From Nitrospirota bacterium (GTDB lineage Bacteria > Nitrospirota > Thermodesulfovibrionia > Thermodesulfovibrionales > Dissulfurispiraceae), in assembly GCA_963710375.1 (NCBI GenBank), contig CAVPZX010000005.1, positions 64,001-128,000 of the forward strand: a DNA stretch of 64,000 nucleotides. The letters are read 5' to 3'. The notes beneath the pieces were generated by a model. That model was not told the origin of the DNA. It searched no databases and was given only the letters and a program-made list of their open reading frames with translations. Shown piece after piece: positions 28,867 through 39,055 of this stretch; within the stretch, counting starts at the first letter, position 1; each line of letters begins with the position of its first letter. Both the position numbers and the translations under genes were made by a program.

Positions 28867-30267
28867 ATGCTGAAATATCCTAAATGGTATTATTACGCAT
28901 CGGAGGATTTTTATCGCTTTAAGTGCCGACTGAATGAACTAAATATGAGGAAAATACATTTTTATATTTTGGCCTTAATCCCACCCTTCTTTATCTTATA
29001 CCTTGTTAATCGCTACACTATTAATGTCCCTGTTTGGGACCAATGGGAATTTGTACCGCTGCTCAAGAAAGCACTTGTACATGAACTGACTCTTTCAGAT
29101 ATATGGGCTCAGGACTCTGAACATCGCATTTTTTTCCCTCGGTTGATAATGCTGCCAACTGCGCTCCTTACTAATTGGAATATACTGTATGAAATCTCAA
29201 TTAATATAGCCCTTGCAGGTGCAACATTCTTTTATATTGTATCACTGCTTCGCCGGAGTTTTGACGGAACTATCTACAAATGGCTATTGCTGTTGTCATC
29301 GCTTCTCATCTTTTCAACGGTGCAGTGGGAGAACTGGATGTGGGGCTGGCAGATAGCGATTTTTTTAAGCGTGCTGGGATGTGTAGTTGCGGTCTGGGCT
29401 GTAAGCAGATGGCCGGAGCAATGGCGAGGTGTAATAATAGCTATGGCATTTTCAATTATATCGAGTTTCTCTTTTAATAGTGGATTGCTTACATGGATTG
29501 TCGTAGCCGTTATGCTGATGATGCAGAAAGAGGGGAAGGTTAAACATTTAATATCATGGATAGCTGCTTCTATAATTGCCGTATTTCTGTATTATTATGG
29601 CTATGATAAGTCAGCTATTCAATCGCCCCTTCTGCTTCCTGTCGAACATCCTTATGAATATATGCGGTTTGTCCTGCTCTATCTTGGCTCGCCGCTCGGT
29701 TGGGGCAGAGAGAACATTTCAATTTTCATAGGGCTTGTATTATTGGTTACGACATGTGTCGGAACAATCCATATCAGAAAACGCTATAAAGAGGAATACG
29801 ACAGGCTATTGCCATGGCTTGCCCTTGGCTTGTATGCTTTCCTCTGCGCAATAGTAACAGGGATTGGAAGGTTGGGTTTTGGTGCACACCAGGCATTGGC
29901 AAGCAGATATACCACTTTTTCCACTTTGTTTGTCCTATGTTCGATTGTTGTTACAGCGTCATGGATTAAATGCTCATTAAAAAATTACCAGTGCCTTCCA
30001 AACAAGACAATAGCTTTTATCTCATCACTGTCTATTTTATTTGTTCTTGCCTATGCAGTGAGTTTTTCCCATGGTATAAGGGAATTTAAAAATAGAAACA
30101 AAAGCCTTCAGGCAAACGTACAATGCTTGCTCAGTATCCAGACGGCTTCTGATGAGTGTCTCAAAAAAGTTTACCCGATCGCAATTGTTGCCAGGGATAG
30201 GGCAAAAATGCTCCAGGAAATGCATATGTCCTTGTATGCAAATCAAAATACTTCTTTCTACCGCTGA
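28867..30267 (+). CDS. Multi-pass membrane protein, possibly GT-C-like surface-glycan modification (start may be 28945)
   Basis: NVPVWDQW, SEHRIFFPRL, SRY motifs; many TM helices; AT-rich. Confidence 0.7.
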   Translation: MLKYPKWYYYASEDFYRFKCRLNELNMRKIHFYILALIPPFFILYLVNRYTINVPVWDQWEFVPLLKKALVHELTLSDIWAQDSEHRIFFPRLIMLPTALLTNWNILYEISINIALAGATFFYIVSLLRRSFDGTIYKWLLLLSSLLIFSTVQWENWMWGWQIAIFLSVLGCVVAVWAVSRWPEQWRGVIIAMAFSIISSFSFNSGLLTWIVVAVMLMMQKEGKVKHLISWIAASIIAVFLYYYGYDKSAIQSPLLLPVEHPYEYMRFVLLYLGSPLGWGRENISIFIGLVLLVTTCVGTIHIRKRYKEEYDRLLPWLALGLYAFLCAIVTGIGRLGFGAHQALASRYTTFSTLFVLCSIVVTASWIKCSLKNYQCLPNKTIAFISSLSILFVLAYAVSFSHGIREFKNRNKSLQANVQCLLSIQTASDECLKKVYPIAIVARDRAKMLQEMHMSLYANQNTSFYR

Positions 30268-30434
30268 TGTTTTGGAAGCTAAAGAGGATGGAAGTGAATA
30301 AGGTTTTTTATAGACGTAGTGTTTTTTTCCCTGTACCCTAAATGCACGTCTTTATAGTAAAATAGCTGACTTTCGATTGGAAATATGCAAGACCTAATAT
30401 TCTTAACCGGTCCAAATATGGATGGAACATAATT

Positions 30435-32570
30435 ATGGAAAGAACTGTTGTCTCGAATCCCTTTGCAGGCACTTTGTCAAAGCCTCTTACAGGGATCCAT
30501 GTAGCCGGGCTTGCCCTGCTCCTCACCCTAGTCATTCTCTTTGGAGCATTGGTCGAGTTTCGCGGAGCGTTTGCCCATAAACGCATGACCGATATCGGCA
30601 CCTACCTGAGGGCGGCATGGGCGGTCCGTGCAGGTGGCGATATATACGCTATCACAGATGACCACGGGCGGCATTATGTTTATCCGCCTTTATTCGCCAT
30701 TCTGATGACCCCATTGGCCGACCCTCCTCAGGGTATTGACAGAAACGGATATCTACCTTATGAAGTGAGCGTGGGGTTGTGGTACGTTCTGACGCTTATC
30801 ATCGGAGTCGTCGGCGTCGGCACACTCTCAAAGGTCATAGAATATCCCCCGAGAAATCTTCTAGCGGGCATGGGCACACGTTTTTCGCGGCAATGGTGGG
30901 CCTTGCGAGTCATTCCCCTTGTCGTTCTTCTTCCTGCGATAGGGCGGTCTCAGATGCGCGGGCAGGTGGGGCTGCTTGTTGCATTTCTACTATGCTATAT
31001 GGTCGCCTCGATCCTCAAGGGCGAGAGGTTCCGCGCGGGCCTCTGGCTTTCCGGCGCAATCTGTATTAAATTTATCCCGGTCCTTCTGCTCGTTTTCCCT
31101 TTATGGCGGAGGGATTGGCGCATGCTGTCAGGAAGTTTGCTGGGACTCGTCATGGGACTTATCATTGTACCTGCCGTCACCTTAGGCCCCCAGAGAGCAG
31201 TCGACTCTTACGGTTCATTTTACCATGGGATTCTTGTTACCGGGGTCAAAGGTGATATAGGCGGGCAAGTCGGTGGAGAGTTGACCTGCATTACAAGTAC
31301 CGACAGCAACTCTCCTATGGTCGTGCTTCACAATATTATATATCCGGAGAGAAAGCATCGCCCGAAGGTGGCTCATGCAGGCGAACGTATGGCCCATTGG
31401 GTAACTGCGTTCGTCATGATGGCAATAACCTTGATTGCTTCGGGATGGAAAGGCAGGTGGTATACTGGAAAGGTCGATGCGACGGTCAAAGATGCGGCAT
31501 TCATGGCGGCGTTCATACCGCTGATGCTCGTGACAAGCCCGGTGTTTCATCCTCATTATGTGTCAATGACAATACCCCTGGTGATTCTACTTGTCGTCAT
31601 TATATGGGAACATTACCCATACGGGAATATACCTGCCGCATGGAAGGCCGTTTTTTGTTTTATAGCCATAAGCCATCTCCTAACATCGATTGACAGGGGA
31701 ATATTCGTTTATCTCCGCGATTTCGGGCTCGTCCTATTAAGTACGATCACGCTTTGGGCGGCAAGCCTTGCAGCCCTGAGACAGACATCTGCGCGGCCGT
31801 CAATCGCGGCCATCCCTGAGACCCGGCCCTTTCACGTCGAAATCAATAAAGTGGCAGTTATTCTCCCTGCCTTTAATGAAAAGATGAGGATCAGGCAGAC
31901 TGTTGAATCCGCTATCGAGTTCTCAAATAGAAATCCCAAATACCATTTTGTGTTCGTAGATGACGGTTCCCGTGACGGGACTGCCGAAATATTACAGGAG
32001 ACTTTTTTGAAAAGACCTAATGCAGGGAATGTGTCTTTTTCCATGTGCGAAGAGAATAAGGGAAAAGGTAATGCGATAAGGACAGGTTTCCATATGATCG
32101 ATGCCGATGCCTACTGCTTCACGGATGCCGACTTGGCTTACTCCCTCGACTATCTAAAGCTTATCGAAGAGAAATTGAAGACCTCGGATGTGATTATCGC
32201 TTCCCGGAGCCTCTTAACCCGTCTGTCCAGGGAGTCTGTGACTACGAGGCTTTTTCTCAGCACCTTATTCAATCATCTGACAAGGCTCATTCTCGGCCTG
32301 CCGTTCCGTGATACCCAGGCAGGTTTGAAGGGGTTTCGCAGGGACGCAGTGAAGCTGATCCTTCCCAAGAGCAAAATAAGCAGATTCAGCTTTGATGCGG
32401 AACTCCTGTTCCTTGCGCGAAAGTACGGCCTCAGAGTTGACGAGTTTCATGTCTCCGAGCACAAAGAGCATTCTTACAAAAAAGGAAAAAAACTGTTTAT
32501 CATGTCACTGTCCATGTTCCGCGAGCTTATCCTCATTATGTGGAGAAACCTGATTGGCAGATACAATTAA
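30435..32570 (+). CDS. Fusion of GT87-like membrane glycosyltransferase and GT2 polyprenyl-phosphate sugar synthase
   Basis: N-part DIGTY, YVYPPLFA, GQV, IKFIP; C-part ILPAFNE, VDDGSRDGT, NKGKG, FTDADL, DTQAGLKGF. Confidence 0.85.
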   Translation: MERTVVSNPFAGTLSKPLTGIHVAGLALLLTLVILFGALVEFRGAFAHKRMTDIGTYLRAAWAVRAGGDIYAITDDHGRHYVYPPLFAILMTPLADPPQGIDRNGYLPYEVSVGLWYVLTLIIGVVGVGTLSKVIEYPPRNLLAGMGTRFSRQWWALRVIPLVVLLPAIGRSQMRGQVGLLVAFLLCYMVASILKGERFRAGLWLSGAICIKFIPVLLLVFPLWRRDWRMLSGSLLGLVMGLIIVPAVTLGPQRAVDSYGSFYHGILVTGVKGDIGGQVGGELTCITSTDSNSPMVVLHNIIYPERKHRPKVAHAGERMAHWVTAFVMMAITLIASGWKGRWYTGKVDATVKDAAFMAAFIPLMLVTSPVFHPHYVSMTIPLVILLVVIIWEHYPYGNIPAAWKAVFCFIAISHLLTSIDRGIFVYLRDFGLVLLSTITLWAASLAALRQTSARPSIAAIPETRPFHVEINKVAVILPAFNEKMRIRQTVESAIEFSNRNPKYHFVFVDDGSRDGTAEILQETFLKRPNAGNVSFSMCEENKGKGNAIRTGFHMIDADAYCFTDADLAYSLDYLKLIEEKLKTSDVIIASRSLLTRLSRESVTTRLFLSTLFNHLTRLILGLPFRDTQAGLKGFRRDAVKLILPKSKISRFSFDAELLFLARKYGLRVDEFHVSEHKEHSYKKGKKLFIMSLSMFRELILIMWRNLIGRYN

Positions 32571-33330
32571 GCGGTCCCTTTTGAGCCTTGATGTGGAGGA
32601 ATTCGATATTCCTCGTGAATATGGACTGAGCATCACCCCGGCTGAAGAGATCGCGGTTACAAGCCATGGGTTGACTGCTGCGCTTGACCTCCTTGAACGC
32701 CTGGATATTGAAGTCACATGTTTCGTGACGGTCCGCTTTGCAAGGGAATGCCGGGACCTTACGGCAAGAATAGCATGCAGACATGAAATTGCCTCGCATG
32801 GGGTCAATCATTCCAATCTGCACGAAGGCGACTTGCTGAGCTCCCGCATTGAGCTTGAGAGGTTGACAGGAAAAAAGGTAAAGGGTTTTCGCAGCCCAAG
32901 ATTGGGAACTGTACTCGGCAGCGAGATACTGGCAGCAGGATATTCATACAACTCTTCCGAGAACCCAATATGGATTCCGGGCCGGTATATGAACCTTTTA
33001 AAGCCGCGGTTGCCTTACTTTTCCGATGGTCTGCTAAACCTGCCTATATCCACCAGCCCGGTAATCCGATATCCCCTGTTCTGGCTGAGCTTTAAACGCA
33101 CACCGCTGTGGCTTTTCAAAGCGATGTCAGCATGGGCATTGCATACTGACGGCTATTTGAACATTTATTTTCATCCATGGGAGTTCAGTGACCTGACGGT
33201 TTGGGATCTGCCGGCATGGCTTAAAAACCCTTGCGGCGAGAGGATGCTTAGGAAAATCGAGAAGTACCTGCTATGGCTCAAAGGCGAGGCGCGTTTTGTA
33301 ACCTGCGGCGAGTTCGCGGAATCCCGATAA
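32554..33330 (+). CDS. Polysaccharide deacetylase (NodB-like)
   Basis: LSLDVEE, HEIASHG..H, GFRSP, YFHPWEF. Confidence 0.88.
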   Translation: MADTIKRSLLSLDVEEFDIPREYGLSITPAEEIAVTSHGLTAALDLLERLDIEVTCFVTVRFARECRDLTARIACRHEIASHGVNHSNLHEGDLLSSRIELERLTGKKVKGFRSPRLGTVLGSEILAAGYSYNSSENPIWIPGRYMNLLKPRLPYFSDGLLNLPISTSPVIRYPLFWLSFKRTPLWLFKAMSAWALHTDGYLNIYFHPWEFSDLTVWDLPAWLKNPCGERMLRKIEKYLLWLKGEARFVTCGEFAESR

Positions 33331-33455
33331 AAGATCTCGTTTAGTGAAAATGGTCATAAGACAAAAATAAAGGAGGCAGTTCCATTTAATTAGTTTCCAT
33401 AAATTTTCAACAAGATTAAACATTTGTGCCCTGTAAGGTATTCGAGATACGGCTG

Positions 33456-33986
33456 CTATGGTTTTGTGCGCCTTCTTTTCTCGATCAAATCAAAATTGCC
33501 TGCATACTTATTGCACAGGCCCTCAATAAAAGCCTGCAGCTCATCAGGCTGAAGCATTGTATCAGGCGCAACATCAGGCAGGGTACAAGCCTTGACGATT
33601 TTTTTCACAAGGTTGATTACGCCGTAAGTGATCACCTCTTCAGGAAATGATGCAGTGGCATTTTCTATCAGCAAACGCTCTGAATACCATGCTCCACTTG
33701 TACGGGCTATGCCTGCGCAATCTCCGCTGATGGGCTTTATCGTTACTTCCCGTGATAGTGCCATCTCTCTGACCCCGATGTTAACCAATTGAAGCCCCCT
33801 CATGGCAGGGTTAGAATCCAGACCGTGACGCCCTTTTGTAATAGGAAGAAAACGAAATAAATCAGCCCCTGAGCAGTAGATGTATGAACCATCCCCCCTG
33901 CTTTGGTCAGGTTTTATCACAAAAAATAAAAAGTCATTTATATACTCGTACGATTTTCTGGAATCTTCAGAATTTGATCTGTTCAT
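33456..33986 (-). CDS. Hypothetical protein
   Basis: 176-aa ORF filling the gap, ATG with AAGG. Confidence 0.6.
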   Translation of the reverse strand: MNRSNSEDSRKSYEYINDFLFFVIKPDQSRGDGSYIYCSGADLFRFLPITKGRHGLDSNPAMRGLQLVNIGVREMALSREVTIKPISGDCAGIARTSGAWYSERLLIENATASFPEEVITYGVINLVKKIVKACTLPDVAPDTMLQPDELQAFIEGLCNKYAGNFDLIEKRRRTKP

Positions 33987-34089
33987 TTTTTTGTACCTTA
34001 AATAGCATATCCGATTGATATGCTCAACGGCAAGGTGATTTATAGGCTACCATGAAACATTAATTTAGTGTAGTATTTAGAAGATATAC

Positions 34090-34842
34090 ATGCGGCCACT
34101 TATTCTTGTTACTAACGATGACGGCGTACACGCCCCCGGCATCATTGCCCTGTTTAAGGCAATGAAAGAACTTGGCGAAGCCTATATTATTGCTCCTGAC
34201 AGAGAGCGGAGTGCGGTTGGCCATTCGCTTACCCTGCACCGGCCGTTGAAGGTGGAGGAACTGCGCGAAAATGTTTTCAGCGTGAACGGCACGCCGACGG
34301 ATTGTGTTGCGCTTGCTATCCATAAAATACTGCCAAGAAGGCCGCATCTTATCGCTTCAGGTATTAACAGCGGGGCGAATCTGGGTGACGACATTACCTA
34401 TTCGGGTACAGTTTCCGCTGCCATGGAGGGGACTATTTTAGGTGTCCCCTCGTTTGCCGTTTCAGTAATCGGAGGGAGGCCGTTTCATTATGACGGTGCT
34501 GTTTCTTATGCTGTTGAAGTCGGAAGGTTTATACTGGACAAGTCTTTGCCTTACGACACGCTGCTCAACGTGAATGTGCCCAATGTGCCGAAGAGGGACA
34601 TGATCAAAGGGATAAGGATCACCAAGCAGGGCAAGCGGGTTTATGACAATGCTATCCAGGAAGTCTTTTCGCCCTGGGGCGACAAGCATTACTGGATCGG
34701 AGGAGGAAACCCCTATTGGGAGCAGGGAGAGGACATGGACATGCAGGCAGTGCTTGACGGTTATGTGTCGGTGACGCCTGTTCATCTTGACCTGACTAAC
34801 TATGCTGCTTTGGACTATCTGAGAAAAAGCTGGCGGACCTGA
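34090..34842 (+). CDS. surE: 5'/3'-nucleotidase SurE
   Basis: ILVTNDDG, GTPTDCV, SGINSGANLG, YSGTVSAA. Confidence 0.96.
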   Translation: MRPLILVTNDDGVHAPGIIALFKAMKELGEAYIIAPDRERSAVGHSLTLHRPLKVEELRENVFSVNGTPTDCVALAIHKILPRRPHLIASGINSGANLGDDITYSGTVSAAMEGTILGVPSFAVSVIGGRPFHYDGAVSYAVEVGRFILDKSLPYDTLLNVNVPNVPKRDMIKGIRITKQGKRVYDNAIQEVFSPWGDKHYWIGGGNPYWEQGEDMDMQAVLDGYVSVTPVHLDLTNYAALDYLRKSWRT

Positions 34843-34852
34843 GTGCTTTGGA

Positions 34853-36250
34853 GTGGGTATGGACTATAACGTTATAATCGTGGGTGCAGGGCCCGCAGGG
34901 ATTTTTTGTGCGCTCGAACTTGCGGCTAAAGCTCCGGCCCTTAAAATCCTGATAATCGAACAGGGTAAGGATATCGACCGCCGCCACTGTCCCATGGATG
35001 TCCGGGGGCAAGCATGCATATCATGCCCGGAATGCGAACTGGTAAGCGGTTGGGGCGGTGCAGGCGCTTACAGTGACGGAAAGCTTACCCTCTCTCCTGA
35101 GATAGGCGGATTTCTTGGCCGGTATATGGATGTGGATGCTCTTCAGCCACTTATAGATTATGTTGACGGTATCTATGTTGAATATGGCGCGCCAGCCGAA
35201 CTTTACGGCAACGACAGCAGGGCTGTGAGCAGCATAAAGGACCTGGCAGCCAAAAACGACCTTATCTTTATCCCCTCGAAAATACGGCATATCGGCACTG
35301 ACAGGTGCCGGGAAGTGTTGACGAAAATGAGAAAGGCAATTGATGGAAAAATTGACACTATTTTCGAGAAGGATGTGCAGACAATAGTTGTTGATAAAGA
35401 TAAAGCTGTTGGCGTAAGGCTTGGGGACGGTCTCGAAATTCGCGCTGATTACATAATTCTGGCCCCCGGCAGGGCCTCTTCAAAATGGCTTGAGACAGAA
35501 GCAAAAAGGCTCGGACTTACCTTGCTCAAGAACCCTGTTGATATTGGTGTCCGAGTTGAGGTGCCAGCGCCTGTACTTGAACCTCTTACATTGGCTACTT
35601 ATGAACCCAAAATGATTTTTTACTCAAAAAAATTCGATGATAAAGTAAGAACTTTTTGCGTGAATCCATATGGTGAAGTTGTGAAGGAGCATGTAAAGGG
35701 TATATGTACTGTAAACGGCCACAGCTATTCTGACAAAAAAACATGCAACACTAATTTTGCCATTCTTTCAAGCACGTTTTTCACTGAACCCTTTAATGAG
35801 CCGATATCCTACGGGATGTATATAGCACGGCTTGCCAATTTCCTTGGAGGTGGAGTCATTGTGCAGCGGCTGGGCGATCTTGTCAAAGGCAGGCGGTCCA
35901 CACCTGAAAGGATCGCCAGGGGGATTGTCGTGCCCACGCTGAGCGATGCAACGCCGGGCGATTTGAGCTTTGTGCTGCCTTACCGTTATTTGTCCAATCT
36001 CCTGGAGATGCTCGAAGTTATTGACAGGATAGCTCCTGGTGTCAACTCCAGGCACACCCTCCTATATGGTGTGGAAGTGAAGTTTTATTCCATGCAGGTC
36101 AAGCTGACAAACAACCTTGAAACCGAGATACAGGACCTATTTGCCATTGGTGACGGGGCAGGTGTCAGCAGGGGACTGATACAGGCGTCGGTCTCCGGAG
36201 TCATAGCGGCGCGGGAAGTGATAAAAAGGCAACAGAAGGCTAAAGGCTAA
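34853..36250 (+). CDS. FAD/NAD(P)-dependent oxidoreductase
   Basis: VGAGPAG, GGAGAYSDGKL, VDIGVRVE, RTFC, GDGAG. Confidence 0.88.
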   Translation: MGMDYNVIIVGAGPAGIFCALELAAKAPALKILIIEQGKDIDRRHCPMDVRGQACISCPECELVSGWGGAGAYSDGKLTLSPEIGGFLGRYMDVDALQPLIDYVDGIYVEYGAPAELYGNDSRAVSSIKDLAAKNDLIFIPSKIRHIGTDRCREVLTKMRKAIDGKIDTIFEKDVQTIVVDKDKAVGVRLGDGLEIRADYIILAPGRASSKWLETEAKRLGLTLLKNPVDIGVRVEVPAPVLEPLTLATYEPKMIFYSKKFDDKVRTFCVNPYGEVVKEHVKGICTVNGHSYSDKKTCNTNFAILSSTFFTEPFNEPISYGMYIARLANFLGGGVIVQRLGDLVKGRRSTPERIARGIVVPTLSDATPGDLSFVLPYRYLSNLLEMLEVIDRIAPGVNSRHTLLYGVEVKFYSMQVKLTNNLETEIQDLFAIGDGAGVSRGLIQASVSGVIAAREVIKRQQKAKG

Positions 36251-36364
36251 TGGCAAAGGGCAAAAGGCAAAAGGCAAAAGGTTAAAGACCAAAATATAGG
36301 TAGATTTTTAATTCTTATTTTTTGCTTTTATAAACCTTTTGCCTTTAGCCTATAGCCTTTTGCC
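36236..36364. repeat. Heptamer tandem repeats (AAAGGCA-like) followed by their inverse
   Basis: aaggcta-aaggcta-atggcaa...aaggcaa then ccttttg-cctttag-cctatag-ccttttg. Confidence 0.85.
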
Positions 36365-36383
36365 GGTACTTTAGGGGGAAATC

Positions 36384-37025
36384 ATGGATTATGACATGCT
36401 CAGAGAGATGATGGTGGCGACACAGCTTGCTGCACGCGGCATCAAGGACAGTCGTGTCCTGGATGCGATGAATAAAGTCCCGCGCCATCTTTTCATGCCC
36501 GAAGGCTTAAGGGAAAGGGCTTATGAAGACGCGGCACTCCCCATAGGTGAAGGACAGACGATATCCCAGCCTTATATGGTTGCCGTGATGACGGAACTCC
36601 TTGAGCTCAGAGGAGACGAAAAAGTGCTGGAGATTGGCACCGGCTCCGGATATCAGGCGGCCGTACTGTCTGAGCTTGCACGTGAGGTTTTCACTATAGA
36701 AAGAGTTCCAGTCCTTGCCGATGAGTCGCGAGCGCGCCTTGCGGGTCTCGGCTATAATAATGTAACTGTACTCACAGGGGACGGTTCCAAAGGACTGGAG
36801 GAAAAGTCGCCGTTTGATAGAATTATCATTACAGCTGCCGCACCCGAACTGCCTGAAATAATAGTGAAACAGCTGAAGGAGGGCGGGGTCATTGTTGCTC
36901 CTGTAGGAGAACGGTTCTCGCAGGTTGTGATCAGGGGACGCAAAAAAAAAGGAGTCCTTGCAGAGGAGTTACACACACCCTGTGTTTTTGTTCCGCTTAT
37001 CGGTGAGTACGGATGGAACGGATGA
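36384..37025 (+). CDS. pcm: Protein-L-isoaspartate O-methyltransferase
   Basis: VPRHLF, GQTISQPYMVA, VLEIGTGSGYQAA, FVPL. Confidence 0.96.
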   Translation: MDYDMLREMMVATQLAARGIKDSRVLDAMNKVPRHLFMPEGLRERAYEDAALPIGEGQTISQPYMVAVMTELLELRGDEKVLEIGTGSGYQAAVLSELAREVFTIERVPVLADESRARLAGLGYNNVTVLTGDGSKGLEEKSPFDRIIITAAAPELPEIIVKQLKEGGVIVAPVGERFSQVVIRGRKKKGVLAEELHTPCVFVPLIGEYGWNG

Positions 37026-37111
37026 GCCCTCAGTGACAGTTGTTAACTTTTTTATGGCTAATGTTATAAAATAACTGCCAGGGCGGCGTGCCCTGGAGGA
37101 AAATTTGACCG

Positions 37112-37573
37112 ATGGTTGTTGAGCCTAAAGATTTAAATCATAGGGGCAGAAAAGTTAAAAATAAGCGCGAGTACTTTAGGCTGCACGAGCGCATAAAGAT
37201 CAGTGTGCGGCAAATAGAGAAGCCTGATAGGCATCAACACATAGATGATTCGATCGTTAAGCGGGCAGGGAAAGTTTTTGAATTCTATACAGAGGATATC
37301 AGTGCGGGTGGTATACAGTTCTTCTCCGAAGTTTTCTTTAAAGAGAACTCCTATTTGGAGATAACTTTATATCTTAAAGAGACCGACCCGCCTTTTGAAC
37401 CGGTTAAGGTAAATGCTGTTGTCCATCGGTCTGAACAAATTAAGAATTCCCGGTACCACAATACTTCTGTGATGTTTGCTGGGATAAGCCCAAAAGACAG
37501 GTCATGTATAGAACGTTATATATTTCTAAGACAAAGGGACATGATTGCGGAAAAAAGGATTGGTTACTTGTGA
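37112..37573 (+). CDS. PilZ-domain c-di-GMP receptor
   Basis: REYFR (RxxxR) and DISAGG (DxSxxG). Confidence 0.85.
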   Translation: MVVEPKDLNHRGRKVKNKREYFRLHERIKISVRQIEKPDRHQHIDDSIVKRAGKVFEFYTEDISAGGIQFFSEVFFKENSYLEITLYLKETDPPFEPVKVNAVVHRSEQIKNSRYHNTSVMFAGISPKDRSCIERYIFLRQRDMIAEKRIGYL

Positions 37574-37593
37574 GGCGTGAGGAGGACGATGTT

Positions 37594-37965
37594 ATGAAGT
37601 ATCGGCCGATTATGTTGTTTAATGCAGCATGTTTAGTGTTGTTCATGGTTTTCCTGAATGGATGCGCATCCCAAATAGATGCTGATTTATACAGCAATGA
37701 ATGGATAGCGAGACCGTTATCGGAGCTTAAGCAGGACATGCGTCGCCCTGATTCATATGCTTCAAAACAAGGGTGGAAAGAGACTACCTATTCACTTGCC
37801 AATGGCAATTATGTCTTTGTTGAACCGATTGCAGAGGATTGTTTCGTGGATTGGGAAATAAATTCAGGAGGGATAATTATCGGCTACCAGTCCAGAGGAA
37901 AAGGCTGTAAGCAAAAGGGGGTCTTTAAGGATCTTTCCGTAGATCAGGACCAGCCGGGGCGATGA
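37594..37965 (+). CDS. Putative lipoprotein
   Basis: GGAGG RBS; signal peptide with LNGC lipobox. Confidence 0.7.
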   Translation: MKYRPIMLFNAACLVLFMVFLNGCASQIDADLYSNEWIARPLSELKQDMRRPDSYASKQGWKETTYSLANGNYVFVEPIAEDCFVDWEINSGGIIIGYQSRGKGCKQKGVFKDLSVDQDQPGR

Positions 37966-37988
37966 ATGATTTTGATCAATCCCTGAAT

Positions 37989-38234
37989 CTAAAGTTTCTT
38001 TCGAAGATATTCAACGACCACGTAACCAATCAGCGCAGTGATGAGGGCAATTGCAAAATTAGTAACTGTAAAAATATCCTTAACGGCAAAAAAAAAGCTC
38101 TTTCCTTGTTCGTTGGTATGAGTAAATTCTCCCATCAAAAGATTTGAATAAAATAGAAAGATTATAAAACCGGTCTCAACTACCGCTCTCGAAACCGGGG
38201 CCAATTTTCGATGGTTTTTGGGTTGTGGGACCAT
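37989..38234 (-). CDS. Small two-TM membrane protein
   Basis: ETGFIIFLFYSNLLMGEF and a second hydrophobic helix. Confidence 0.65.
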   Translation of the reverse strand: MVPQPKNHRKLAPVSRAVVETGFIIFLFYSNLLMGEFTHTNEQGKSFFFAVKDIFTVTNFAIALITALIGYVVVEYLRKKL

Positions 38235-38275
38235 GCAGTGATTATAACAGAAGTGATAAAGGTCTGCGCCTTCTA

Positions 38276-38797
38276 TTATGCGGTATCCGTCAAAGAGAAG
38301 GGAACGCGTATGGTTGCAACCCCTGCCTTACCTTCAAAAGCCCTTTCTATTAATCTTGCTGTACAGTTGAAAAGGAAGCGATGCCACCATTTCGAAGTTG
38401 CAATCACCGGCAACACAACTGTTACGACACCTGCCTTATTTCTAAGACGCAAGTTGTCCACATATTCCCTGAGCGGCTCGATGATAGAGGTATTGGGCGA
38501 TTCAAGGATGAAAAGTGGCACATCCATACCTTGCATGTTCCATTGGGACTCTATTTTATCCCTCTCCGAAGGATCAAGAAGTATGTGCACTGCAACAATG
38601 TTACCGGTAAGAAGTTTTGCATACTGAATCGCGTTAATAACCGCCTTGTCCACGCCGGGCACGGGAACAACTACGAAACGATTACCATTTTTCGTATTAA
38701 AATTCGCATTATCGCCGAACACGTGCCCTACAGCGGACAATTGATTCGCACCATGTACGCTGAAAAAGCTGTTCATATGCATGGATCTCTGTTTCAT
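38276..38797 (-). CDS. Stand-alone homolog of the KimA C-terminal cytoplasmic domain
   Basis: Aligns by eye with the end of 41206-43020 (VVPVPGVDKAVINAIQYAK / IIPISGVQQAVISAVKYAK; SKWWH; VPF) but has no TM domain. Confidence 0.82.
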   Translation of the reverse strand: MKQRSMHMNSFFSVHGANQLSAVGHVFGDNANFNTKNGNRFVVVPVPGVDKAVINAIQYAKLLTGNIVAVHILLDPSERDKIESQWNMQGMDVPLFILESPNTSIIEPLREYVDNLRLRNKAGVVTVVLPVIATSKWWHRFLFNCTARLIERAFEGKAGVATIRVPFSLTDTA

Positions 38798-39055
38798 GAT
38801 TCAATGTTCGATATAAGAGCATTTTCTGTGCCGTGTAAGAGGTTAAAATGAAGTAATTGAATTATAAGACATCATGTATTGACATTAAAAATACAAAAGG
38901 GCCCTGATTAAAAAATGTATGAATTGCCCTTAAAAATGAAATCTGAAAGGTCTTGCAAGGTTTGATTTACATGCACAGCGGCATTTTTAGCAAAAAAGTG
39001 GCGCCGCCTATTTATGGGATCCCGTCACCCTGAACCATAAGGCTACGAAGATTTG

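Noticed and set aside
37112..37573. PilZ protein as dedicated partner of the element's GGDEF
   Set aside because: About 33 kb apart in host DNA; no sequence evidence of a link
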